Below, in pieces: positions 51,569-64,000 of a DNA stretch of 64,000 nucleotides (position 1 is the stretch's first letter; the number at the start of each line of letters is the position of its first letter). The notes under the pieces were generated by a model. The model was not told where the DNA came from. It saw nothing but the letters and a program-made list of their open reading frames with translations, and did not search any database. The DNA comes from the human T2T-CHM13v2.0 reference genome, Homo sapiens. The stretch lies in the NCBI RefSeq assembly GCF_009914755.1, contig NC_060935.1; one strand, given 5' to 3'. Both the position numbers and the translations under genes were made by a program.

Positions 51569-51699
51569 CTGGAAGAGTCACTTTCCAGCAAAAATACCAT
51601 TTAGTAAAAGCAGCTTTGCCCCTAAAAGGATTTCTGCTGCTAGGAGTTAATGAAATAATGGCATTGGCATCCCATAACTCTTTTTAAAATGTATTAATA

Positions 51700-54600
51700 C
51701 AAACCATTGCCATTATGTTAATAGACAGCCTCCTATTTACCGTTTATTATTTGCTGGGAAAAGTTCTTTTTTCCTACTAATCTTTCAACATAGAGCAGAA
51801 CTATATAAACTGTTGTTTACTTGAAGATTTTTTGTGTTATTTTTCTTGGGTTTTGATGTCAATTTCATAAAATAAATTGGATAGCTATCTTCAGTTCTCC
51901 ATGTTGTGCAAGAGTTTATATAGTATCTTCTCCTCAAGAGGTTAAAGTATCCTAATGTTACTGCTGGAAGATAGAGTGACTGTTTTATACATATCTAAGA
52001 TAAACATCATGTAACTATATTACTATATAAATATAATTTCAATATCAAATTTTGTTTCTCTATATTTAGGTTTACTGTTCCTTCCCAGACAAAATAGATT
52101 TTCCTCAGGAAATGACTCATTTCACCTAGATTTAATAAGTTATTTACATGAAATTATATAGTGTATTTTCTAAAAAAAATTTCTTCTTACATATTATTAA
52201 GCTTTTCATATTTAATTTACATATCTCCTTTAAAAATGTTGTTATATTTTTAAAAATAAATAATTTAATGCATTTAAACATTTACTTACAAATACACACA
52301 ATTTGACACAAATGCAAAATGTGATCCTATACATACAATTTTCCATTCCCTTTTTGTACTTGTGTGTTTCTTTCTCCTATTCTGTTACCTACTTTGACCA
52401 ATGTCTCACAAAGAAAATGAAAACAATTCATCTACTTTTTAAAATTATCAGAATATTATGTGTGTGTGAGAAATACATATACACATGTACAGAGTTATAT
52501 ATCATGTAGCTCAAATTAATTACTTTATTGGCTAAATAATATTTATTATGTACCATAATTTCATTATCACCCTATTGATAAGGCAACATGAAATCAGCAC
52601 CATTTTACACGTTTTATTTATCTTTTCTTCTAGGTGGTTACTTTTGAAGTAGGAAAAGCTATTTATCTGTATATATAATGAATTCTGTATTAATAAGCTC
52701 AACTTTTATTTCTAGTCACTCTCTCTACTTTTTAAACTTTATTTCTACAGTTCATTTTCTAATTTCTTAAGATGCCTACTTAGGTATTTTATTTTTACAA
52801 TGAAGGCATCTGGTGTTAAGCATTTTCTTCCAAGAACAGGTTTTTTTTTTCTCCATCCTGATTTTTTTTCAATCAACACTCCAATTTTTGTTATCACTAA
52901 TATATGATATTCTCTTTGAATCAGGCATTATCAAGATTTACTTATATAATTTTAAGAAGTTATCTTATTTTGTTCTCTTTTTATAAAAGCAGTTTCTCAT
53001 TTTATTGAATAATACTAATGTGTTTTTACCATTGTAGATTTCTTGTCCCCTTTGCCTGAGCTCAAAAATATTCCCTAGATATGCTAGATTTATATCTTTA
53101 TCCCTTTGTTCTGCCTAGAAATAGGTGAATGGTATCAGTATGCAAAATTTTATTTCTTCAGCTCATGAAAATATTCCTCCCTCATAAGTTTTTTATTGCC
53201 TTTCTTTTATGTATTGCTATGATTCACAATACAGCCTCAGAATCTCATGTTTGGCCTCATGACTTCAATTTTTATTTCTCTGCATATTTGTTCTGTGTAT
53301 TCAAATATGCCTTTTATCTGATTTTCTGGCCACTCACTTGGCTTTTAACAGTGATCATTCTGTTCTTCAATTCATCTTCTGAATTTAGTAATTAATGTGA
53401 CAGAAAATTCTAAGGGCTCATTCAAAGTATATTTTCTCCTTTCTTACAGAATAAATATCTTATATAATTTGGTAATATAGCCAACTAAAATGTTCACCTT
53501 CATAGATACTCTTGCATTTGGTGGTGGTCAAAGAGCTCAGCTCTAGCCAATAAACTTGAGGTAGAGATTGCTGGATTTGGGAGGTGTCCAGGAACTTTTT
53601 AAAAGAGGGTCAAACTTATCTGCCATGCTCCTTTTATTCTTTGCCCTTCCTGTCTTGTACCCAGCTGACAATGGATGGGATGCTTGCTTATTAGTGCAGG
53701 AATTATGTCAGGACAGTAAAGACAAAAGTTATAAATTAAAGAGTATGGGTCAGACAAAAAGGATAAGCTGGTGACATTTATGATATTCCATAATCACTGC
53801 ACCATTCTTTGTTTATCTAATTCACGACTTTTCATCGTGTAAAAAAAAAAAATCCTTTTTTGTTAAACCACTGAAAACCAAATATTCTATTAATTTCAGC
53901 TGATTACATTTCTAACTTATACAATTATAAACATTGTTTTGGTTTTGTTTTCTGTATCAGAAAAGTGTGTATGTGTGTGCAAACGGTGTCCCAATTTATT
54001 TTATTAATCACTTTTATCTTTTTAAGTTTTACATGTGTACCCAGAGTATTTCTATTATTTGGGCATATATTCTGACTGATATCTGCTGTTTTCCTCCCTC
54101 TGTACTCTGGACACCTTTCAATGGCTGTGTTTTTTCTCTTCTGGTTCACTGCTGGTGGGGTCAAGTGATAGGAGTGCCTTTAAGGACTAGGATATCTCAG
54201 GAAATAGCAGCTGGTGCAGTGGAATGCCATGCATTTGTGGTGCCGGAGCAGCAAAGTCTCCAGGCCCCTGCTGCAGATCCTCTGATTTCTGCTGTCCAGG
54301 CTCTGCATTCTCTTTCCCTGAAGGGCAGTGAGACTCAAAGTGCTCCTTCAGCTCTTTCTTTTCTTTTGGGTTTCAGAATGACCTGGCAAAGTCGTGCAAG
54401 TCTGATGATGAATTTTCATCCTTTGGGAGTTCACAGGTTTTTGAAGTACAATTTCATTTCATGATTTGCTGCCTGATGCTAATTTTCTATCATTTGCCTT
54501 GTTGTAAGGAATAGAAACCTTGGACCACCTATTTTTACAAAAAGCACAGCAAAGCCTCATATAAACTGCACATAAGCTATATTATTTGTCTATGGTTGCC

Positions 54601-57600
54601 AGTGGCCTCTTTGCAAATGCAGAGACAAATGACTTGAAGTTGGAGTGGAAGGGAAGACTGAATTTTTTTTTTTGTTTTGGTTTTGGTTATTAATGTCTTT
54701 AGAATAAATTTTTGGATTTTTAAGACAACCTCACTATTTTCCTTTTTACAAACTTTTTGCTTTGTTTTACCTTTATCTGAATTATTTAATTATTCATAAT
54801 TTCCCTAGTGCTTCTTTTTTAAAGGCAATCTTTTTGAGCATTATGCTTAGTTCATTTCTTTACACTATTTCTCATCAAAAATCAAACCTTTTACTTATTA
54901 AACTATTGGCATAATCTGTCATAATATTTTGCTCATCTTTAACTTTTTATTGTTATTCAAAATTTCATTTAAAAATTTTACTGTGGAGATATTTCAGTAT
55001 AAACATCATAAATGATTCCTAGTTTTTTATTATCAAAAATATGGCCAACACAATTTTCACATTTTAGAATTAGTGAGTCTTTTCAGCCAAGTAAGGGTAA
55101 CTTTTTCCCCGCAGATAACATGGATATCTATAATAAAGTAATAACCCCTCTAAAAGCTTTAATGCATATTAATACAAATATTAACGTATTTACAATACGA
55201 TACATCTTTTTTCACATATTTTATGGGTGTAATTTTTCATTAATTTATTTTTCTACTTCTTGGCTTTTATTTGGTACACTTTGATGCTACATTAAGCAGT
55301 GCATAAGAATTTAAAACTATTTGGCTTGCAACACTGAGTGACAATTTTACAACTGTAATATGATCCAATTCATTTTGGCTAATGCTTCTTGCTTTAAATT
55401 TTTCCTTGTTTGCTAATAGCGTCTCCATGGTCAATTGCTTTCTGTTTTTTCATACACAATAAACTTTTACCCATTCTCTGATTTGAAATGTTTCTATGTC
55501 ATTTTTGTAGGTGTTTTAAAATTTGATGTAGTTTTGTAATTCTTCCTGACAATATTTGCTTCTGAATAAACAGAATAGTTTAAAGCAATTTCCTTCACTG
55601 TTATCACTGTTATGTGTAGCTTTAATTCTGTCACTTTGTTTTATGTTCTCAGTTTTGTTTTTTCTATTTCTTTTTGGTTGCCTTTGTTTCCTGTCATTTG
55701 CAATGTAAGATATATATGTTTGTTTTTAGTCTTCTACTGTAATGTAAAAAGTCATCATTCTTTCTGATTCTACCAGTGGGTTTCTATGATTTTCACAATA
55801 ATATTTCATTATTATTTTTTGAAATAAAAATCAAAACCGATAACTTTTTGTTTTCTTCTTCAAGTCCAACCTATGTTGTCTTTGCAAAATTAACCATCTT
55901 TAAGGACATCTGTTTCTTGTTAGAATCAGTATGGTATTTGTGCTATTTGTTAGCATTTATGTTAAATTTTATGGCATTCACAATATTGATTTCACTTAAA
56001 GTTTTGTTTGTTGTCTGATATTCTTTCATACAGAGATATCTTCATTGTTTTTAATTTATTTTGATTAATATCTTCTAAGGCTTAAGTATGTATTCATTGT
56101 GTTTTTCCTCAAAAGTGTATATTAGTAATACATTTTCTAAAACTTTTCAGAAAGTTTAGAACTATAGAAAAAGCTATAGAGCTAAAGAAAATTTAGTTAT
56201 ATGTAGAATTTTTGAGAAATAATATTTTCATTTCAGAATTTACTAGAAATTACTCTACGGTTTTTCTGATGCCTAACACTGCAGAGAAGTTGCAGTTTTA
56301 TTTTTAAATATATATATGTGTGTATATATACACAACTATATGTTTTATGTATATATGTATATATACTATATATAAATATATATTTGTATTATTTTAATAC
56401 AAACAAATTCTATTCAATATATTCATATATATAATACCTTCTGTTGTATATATTCATATATATGTATCTTTGTATTATTCTTTATTTTTAAAAATTTGTC
56501 AAGGCATATGTGGTGGTTTTTTCCTTTATGTCATTTACTTAAAATATGATCAGTTCTTTTACATTTAGATAATTTTTTTCTTTATCTCCCATTGTTTTGG
56601 TTTACATTTTTATTTGTTAATGTACCTATATTTATTCCTGATCTATTTGATCTACTTTGATTTTCTTTCAGTGTACTTTTTAATCAGCAATTTTGACCAA
56701 TAATGAACATACAATAAAATTATCAATTATAATTATATTATTTGATATGTTTTGACAACTGTATCCGGTTTTGGAGTCCAACTACAATCATAACATATAA
56801 CAAGAGTGTACAGTATATTTGCTGCTGAACCTCTAACTTACTGTATTCATATCAGCTGTTTATCTGTCGTAGTTAATGGCTTTAAACTTTTATTTTCATT
56901 ATGGCATAATTTCACATATTTTTTTGGGGCATGAAGTTTTTTATAGTATATTTTTTACTTTCCATCTCCCCCAATATTAATGGTAAATCTCTGCTATAGA
57001 TTTAATTTCCTTGCAACTTTTACTTACAGACTTTTGTGATTTCTGATAGTCTTCTGTCTTTCCCTGTTCAACTAGGGACTATTTCTTTTCTTGCAGGCTA
57101 ACCTCTGCTTACTATAAATCTGTCATTGTTTAGAGATCTGTCTTTATTTATGTCTCTGAGTAGCAGAAGCAGGTATTTCCTAAAATTATTTTTGCTCTGC
57201 ATTTTAAATGTTTTTCAGAGATAGCTTTTATTTCTTCTCAAATTATATGGATCCTTTTTCTTGGGCTACAAAATTTGTAAACCTTCCTTTCCCTTATCAA
57301 TTGATTGTCTTTTTTTAGTCATTGAATAACAGTAGATGTATCTGGACATAATGTCTGCCAATGAAGAGGATGCTTTTTGTGTCTCCTCCTTAGCCTTGTT
57401 TCAGTTAAAGAGTTGGAAACTTTTTGGGCACCCCACTTATACAATTCTGTTGCCAGAAGAGTGAAATGCGACTACCCTATGCCTAATTCTCTGCAGTGAG
57501 AAATTACATAGAAAATTCCCCAAATTCTTGACTATGAATTCCTATCTAAATGAAGAGTAGAAATTTCCAAATATATGCCTTAAAATAGATTCTAATAACC

Positions 57601-57900
57601 AAGAAACAAAAATAAAATAATGGTACAGAAGTGAGGAAAGGAAATGACTATTTAATTTCTTATTACTGTAGGTTTCTTTACAAACTGGGGTGTTTACCTT
57701 CCCACTCAAGTATATTTGGCAGGGATGTGATATTTGTTAACTCATTGCTACTGTTACAGACTTTGATTTAGTTACATAGAAAATCATACTTTAGTTTTCA
57801 GTGTTGTTAAAAAAAATGTCCTTTCCTCCCCCTCATCACTGGAGATATTCACGAATATTTTAGTGGATGAGAGAAACACGCAATGTTAAATGTTATCTTG
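51700..57900 (-). mobile_element. Highly degraded old L1M/L1ME fragments
   Basis: Extended T-rich antisense L1-like text; boundaries very approximate. Confidence 0.45.
53400..53923 (+). mobile_element. Old MLT1 (J/K-like) MaLR LTR
   Basis: ctctagccaataaacttgaggtagag and 3' ttgttaaaccactg...tcagctgattacatttctaacttataca. Confidence 0.55.
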
Positions 57901-58533
57901 ACCTTTAATTCCTGGAAATGCTTTATGACGTCATTATTTCCTTTTATTGCCACCTACTGGTAATTCCTGGTCTCTGTTTTGCTCTAAACATTTGCCATTA
58001 TGATAACTTTTCTCTACCTATCCCTTTCCTGTTAATTTATTTCCAAATTTAATCTCCATTCAAATATGATGTTTTATGAAATATAATGTCCTTTTGTCAC
58101 ATTGTGCACTAAGAGTATTACTTTTCTATTTTGTGTGGGGAAGGCTGTAATATCTGTTCAGCTCTATCAAGAACAAATGTACAGAGCGTCCCACCTATTG
58201 AGACACTGCCTTATTTCAGGTGAGCTCTGTAAGGCATCACAGACTGGATCATTTTCCAAAGGGTAAATGAGTATGGATAGCAGAGGCCAATTTTTATTTG
58301 GATGAATAAATGTGAGGATGCAGCGCTAGAGGCATAGTTGTGGTGTTGGGGTGTCCAACTGAGGACTTGAAGAATGCCGTTTTGTTGTTTGAATGTCTGC
58401 GATCCTTTCGTGTGACTATTTGTTTCTTAGCATTGGCAGCACAAATGATAACGGAGACACAATCTGCAGCGTAACAGTTGATTCCATGTACCATAAAGAA
58501 AAGCTAAGTATACCTTACAAGAGGTATTAAGCA

Positions 58534-58563
58534 TGTGCGTGCGAGTGTGTGTGTGTGTGTGTG
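58534..58563. repeat. Imperfect (GT)n microsatellite
   Basis: Direct read. Confidence 0.8.
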
Positions 58564-60908
58564 TACATTTTCTTAAAAGTCTTGAATTGATCTTGAATTC
58601 TAGGATCTTGAATATGGGGAACAATTTAGCTTACCTCCTAGTGTGGTTCTCATTTGTGAGTTTTGTGTCGTTTAACAATAATAATTAATATCAAGGATCT
58701 ACGAACTATGCATTGTGTGTATGTTTGTGTACATGTGATTTTTCAGGAAGAATAATGGTCGGGAACTGAGATAGAAATGGAGAGACTATCAATTATGATT
58801 GACAGAGCATCATGACTGATTATCAGAAATGAGAAAATATAAAAGTCACAGGTAGTTCTTATATTTCTGATTTGCGTTCCTCAAAGGATTGGAGGGGGCA
58901 CTATTAAATATAATATAATAACTCTTATGTTGATGAATGAAAGAAGTCAGATTTAGGGAAAATGAAAGAGCCTAGCTTGTGGCATTACTAGTCATCATGT
59001 GTAATTATGTTGATTGTTACTTCTGTGCAAATTTTCTTAATCAACCTCTCCTTAACAAAACATCAGAGTTACCATTCTCCCCATAAAGCATATTAGCAGA
59101 TGTCTACATTCCACTGAATGTGTGTGAGTAATAGGTTACTTTCCTGGACAACCCTATACTTTTCCCACCAGGTAAGCTGAACAAGTATTTTCAGGTGAGA
59201 GCTGTATTTGTTCCCCCAACCATTCTGCCACTTGTACTCACTATTAATGAGCAGTACATTAAAATATGGGAGCAGAAATGGAAATATTGTTTTGATGCAA
59301 ATGAATGATTTGGAGAAATGAAATAAAATGAAATAATAATACTGGAGAATAGTTGTGGGAATATTTATTTTAAAAATCTACAAAGATGATGCATGTAGAT
59401 TTATTTATATTCTAGTATAACTTTAAAGAACAAAATAAAATTTTAGTTAAGATTTACAGAAGAAAAACAGACCAAACTCTAATTTTATGACCCATGTTCA
59501 ATGAAAAGTCCTTGTTCTAATAGAAAAAATGGGTAAATAAGTGTGTATTTATATATTTTAAATTAAAATGTTGTGTTGCATATAATACTATATGATTCCT
59601 CAGTTATCCAGTCTTTTCAATTAATGGACCTAGTACTGTCCTTGATTGAACTGAATAAGAGGTATTCTAATATAATTGATTAGTTTTCTTTGAAAAAATT
59701 GCTGTCCAGACTCATTATGTCTCAGAGAATACTCAGTCTTATCCTGCTAGCTCCAATGTGTTTTTCATGTGGAGAAGGTTTCTAACCTGTAAATTCTCTT
59801 TCTCTAAGTCATATTGCACTGTGGTAAATGTTTGCAACAAAAAAGCTACATCCCTATTCCTAACTTTCTTCCCTCCCCTAAATCATCACAGCATTCTGCT
59901 GTGTTGTTTTCAACAGCTTTGGAACAGGAATATATGAAATAACATTAAAATTAAAAAAAAAACCTAAATCATATCACTGTTGAGATGGGCTAGCAATATT
60001 GAAAGCTGTTGGTGAATTGTCATCTGTGGGATGAAATGTAATTTCTTGATCTGAACTGTTTTGATATTAAATTTCTCATATTAAAACGAGTATTTTTGTG
60101 CTCAAAAACATCCACTAATTATCATTTTGGCTATTAAAATGACACAACTAAAGAAGAAAAGCCTAGAAATTATTGTTTATACTGTTTGGATATGGAATTA
60201 AAAATTTGCAGGTCTTCTTGCTTGAAAAATATAATACTTTCTAAACATGTCATAAAACTGAGAAACTAAATATATTTTATTTTTAAAATCTCTATTTCAT
60301 GTTTAAAAAGGACAAGTGGAAGAATAGGTTATCCTCTGTAGGGTCATAATATCTTAAATTTGAAAGATTTTAAGTTATAATGTATACAGAATGAAATACT
60401 AACATCTTAAGTGTACCATTTAATCAGTTTTGATGAATCATATGTTGAAGGTACATTCAACTCATTTTGATGAATAATAGGAAGAAACGTAACATTTCTC
60501 ATGCCTCTTCCTATACAATTCTCCTCCTAGATAATTTCACCATAGTCTGATTTTGCCTATTCTTCAATTTCATATTAATAGGATAAGAGAGCCTGTATAT
60601 TTCGGTGTTCTATTTCTTTCACTCAACATACATCATGCATGTTTTTTCATTTATCAGATGTCTGTTTCTTTTTATTGAGGCATATATTAAATACTACACA
60701 TGTTTTCTCCATTCTCATGTTGATGGACATTTGGGATCTTTCAAGTTTTGGACCAGTATAAACAAAGTCTTTTTGAACATTTTTGTATAAGGTTTCTAGT
60801 GGACATGTGTCTTTCTTTACTTGGTTATATACTTAACAGCAGAATTTCTGGATTGGTTTTAACTTATTAAGATAGTGACAGTGAGCTTTCCAAGATGATT
60901 GTTCATTT

Positions 60909-61510
60909 TGTGGTCACAATAAAGCCTTCTCAACAACGTCCAGAGCCTCGTCCCTGGAACCTGTGAATAAGCACTTGATATGGAAAATAGGACATTACAA
61001 GTATTAGTAACGTTTTATATCTTGAGATATATTATTTAGCATTATTTAAGTGGACACAGTCTATTTATAAGAGTCCTTAAGAGTGGAAGAGAAAGGCAGA
61101 GAGTGCGTAAGAAATATAACCATGTAAGGAGAGGTAGGACAGGTTAGAAACATGAGAGGAACTTTTATCATTGTTGCTGAACTTGAAGATGGAAGAAGGG
61201 AGCCACAGGCAAGGAATGTGGATGGCTTCCAGAAGCTAAGAAAAGCCCTTAGCCCATACCCAACAACAACAAAAAATGGTGACCTCAGTCTTAAGCCACA
61301 TAGAATTGAATTCTGCCAACAATGTGAATAAAAAATGAAATAGATTTTCCCCTAAGTCCTCCAGAAAGTAACACGGCCCTGACAAAACATTTATTTTAGT
61401 TCAGTGAGACCCATGTCAGGCCTCTGACCTATAAAACTATGAGATTAATCCGTGTTATTTTAAATCACCAAAGTACTAATTTATTATAGCAGCAATAGAA
61501 AATAATAATT
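60909..61510 (+). mobile_element. MLT1E-like MaLR solo LTR
   Basis: ccctggaacctgtgaata...cttgaagatggaagaagggagccac...gaattgaattctgccaacaa...atagcagcaatagaaaa. Confidence 0.8.
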
Positions 61511-61872
61511 AATTTTACCACCCCACCAATGTTGTATAAGAGATCCAGTTGCTACAGTCTCTCCAACATTTGATGGTGTCCTTCTGTGTAATTGTAGTTG
61601 TTCAAGTAGATGTATAGTAGTATCTCATTTTAACTTATATTTGCATTTTCCTCACGTATAATGATGTTGATGTTATTTGCCATTTGTCCTTTTGGGAGGT
61701 GTCTATTCAAACTTTTAATATTTTTATTAGATGGTTAGTATTTGTTTTATTGCTTTACATTAATTCTGTAAATTTTGTGAATTCAAGTTATTTATTAAGT
61801 ATGTGTTTTGAAAATATTTTCCCCAGGCTGTGGATTTTCTTTCATTTTTCTTAACAGAACTTTTAGGGGAGT

Positions 61873-61992
61873 TGTGTCAAATAAAAGTACATCCAGATTT
61901 AGATAAGGATAAACTATTCACAAAAAAGACTTGTAATAGGGAGAATACTCTGATCTCAGAAATCTGCAAGGATCTCAAAGTCTGACAGAAAA

Positions 61993-62039
<47 letters not shown>

Positions 62040-62290
62040 GGAGGAATAAGAAGTAAGAAAGGAGAAGTTAGGCAAATTAGAAAAAATGGCCAGCCATGTA
62101 TGAAAAAAAATGTGTTGTTCGTGTTTAGCAAATTCTTGAGATAAGTTAATAAGGGGCCATGTTTCCCTTAGTGTTTTCTTAGGCTGGAGGCAAGCAGTGT
62201 TCAGAGGCCCATAGGGAGGAGAAAGCCTGACTGAATTTGAGTCATGACAAAACAGAGGGTAAGAAGTGGGCAGTTGTGAGTGCTTGACCA
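61873..62290 (-). mobile_element. MER4-group (MER90/MER110-like) solo LTR with an internal T41 run
   Basis: Reverse strand: ttcagtcaggctttctcctccc...tgagatccttgcagat...ttctccctattacaa...ttttatttgaca; T run at 61997-62037. Confidence 0.55.
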
Positions 62291-63484
62291 GAAGAAGATT
62301 TTTTAATATGATGAACTCCAATTTATTCATTTTTCTTTTGTCTATAGTGTATATTTTGTCCTCTCTCACAAAACTTTACTCCAATTTAATAGGATTTTCT
62401 CATAAATTTTCTTCTAGTAACTATTGTCTTATTCATGTTTAATATTTAGCTCTATGATCCATATTATATTGATGACATGATTGTTAGGGATCAAGTTTTT
62501 TTTTTTTCTGGGTGAACATTGTCAAAATGGACTGATCCATACTTGTGTGGATTAATTCTGGACTCCTCTGTTTCTTCTGTAACACAATATCTTGATTATT
62601 ACAGCTCTAAAATAGGTCTTGACCTCAATTACTGTAAGTACTGCAAACATTTTTTTATTTGTAAGATTATTTTAGCTAATATAGGTTATTTGCTTCTCCA
62701 AATAAATTTTCTAAGAAACTTCTAAGTTTCTACAAAATACCTGCTACTTGAATTGAGATTGCACTGAATCTATAGATAAACTTGAGGAAAATTGACGTTT
62801 TAACTATACTAAATATTCCAGTCAATGGTCTATTGCACATTTCACAATTTATTTAAATCTTGTTTTGATCTTATTCATAGTGTTGAGAAACAAACATTCA
62901 ATATTTCATGATAGTCTATGATATCAACTTTAGGTTTTTCATAAGTACAATTTGTCAGATTAGGGAAGTTTATTTTCATTCAGGTTTACTGAACATTTTA
63001 TATTACAAATGTCTGTTGCATTTTGCCAGAAACTTTGCCTGAAAAATTAAGATTATATGTGTTTTCTTCCTTTATCTCTTAAATGTGGTTTATAAAATGG
63101 ATTTCCTTTCATATATAAACCAACCTTGATCCTGCAGTAAAACTTATTTGATTACAATGTATTATTCTTTTTTAAATATTGCTAGATTTAATTTGCTGAT
63201 ATTCTATGTTCATGAGAGATATTTGCTTGTAAATTTTTTAATTGCAAAATCTTTGTTTATTTTTGCACCAAGATAAGTGACCCAATAAAACAAGTTGGGA
63301 TTTGTTCTCCCTCTCAATTTGTATTATGTTCCCATTACATGTCTGATGGAATTAACCATTTTTTACCATCTGTGCCTGGAGTTACCTTTGTGAGAACTTG
63401 TTAAACTAAAACTTCATTTTCTCTAATGTCTCTATTTCTACTGAATATCTTTTGATGGTAGATCACATTTTCTCACTTTATTGT

Positions 63485-63555
63485 ATGTATTATGTATACA
63501 TATATACACACACATATATACACACACAGTTATGTGTGTGTGTGTGTGTGTATGT
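63485..63555. repeat. Compound (TA)/(CA)/(TG) microsatellite
   Basis: Direct read. Confidence 0.85.
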
Positions 63556-64000
63556 AAATGAATGCCAGATATAGAATACAAGTATAATACAAATAGATAT
63601 TCTGCTGCTTCTCTCACTGCTCATGGTCAATGTATTGTATAAATTCAGTGTTCTGACTATAGGCAGGTTTCTATTGATTTTCCCTGCTCTCTCTCAAACT
63701 TCGGAATTGCCAGTCATTAGCAACAGAAGAGGTTTCTCATGTCCAATGACCTGGCCTAATGTTTCTCATAGTAGGTAGGTGCAGATTTCTATGGTGTTTG
63801 GGCCTCCAAGGAATTCTAAGTTATCACACCAGCTATACTTGGACTTTAAGTTAATTTCTTAAAATTTTATTTATTTTTAAAATTCACTTCCATGGCTACC
63901 ATATGCTCCTACTGTTCTTTCAAAGAGGAAATAGTTCATGTCTACTACTCTACTGGAAGAGGTTAAAACCCTTTGGATGTATATAATTAGATTACCTTGC

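Larger units (their letters stand above)
60340..63420 (-). mobile_element. L1MB/ME 3' region and ORF2 fragments hosting two LTR insertions
   Basis: catcttaagtgtacc...tgatggacatttgggatcttt...gattgcactgaatctatagataaacttgagg antisense L1 text. Confidence 0.65.

Noticed and set aside
53934-54464. Longest ORF in the track (176 aa)
   Set aside because: Non-ATG start, no recognisable domain, and it lies in degraded L1-like sequence; no splice or codon evidence
58150-59200. Strong donor-like sites (cag|gtgagc at about 58220, cag|gtaagc at about 59171) as host exons
   Set aside because: No convincing paired acceptor or coding frame; such sites occur by chance

Overview
This is AT-rich, CpG-poor, non-coding primate (human-like) genomic DNA, either a gene desert or a large intron. 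I find no credible host protein-coding gene, tRNA/rRNA gene, CpG island or CRISPR array. Nearly all ORFs in the supplied track come from repeats or low-complexity sequence. The window is layered with transposon fossils: MIR/L2, old L1M, MaLR and ERVL solo LTRs (THE1, MLT1, MLT2A), MER4-group LTRs, the DNA transposons Tigger3a and MER3, four Alus and several truncated L1P copies. The dominant feature is a complete 5.6-kb non-autonomous mosaic provirus at 45925-51568 (LTR2C/HERV-E-type LTRs, perfect tRNA-Glu PBS, CTGG target-site duplication), matching the known Harlequin family. It carries scrambled gag/pol/env pieces from at least two ERV lineages, in-frame chimeric junctions, a strong G-to-A (APOBEC3-like) signature, and an intact 88-codon signal-peptide-bearing Env N-terminal ORF. 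Smaller oddities include a perfect 18-bp VNTR inside an old MITE, a tiny twin-primed inverted L1, template-switch hairpins, a 72-bp dispersed local duplication and a possible very ancient LINE reverse-transcriptase relic. Subfamily names come from my recall of consensus sequences, and old-repeat boundaries are approximate. I cannot claim a genuinely new biological system from the sequence alone.
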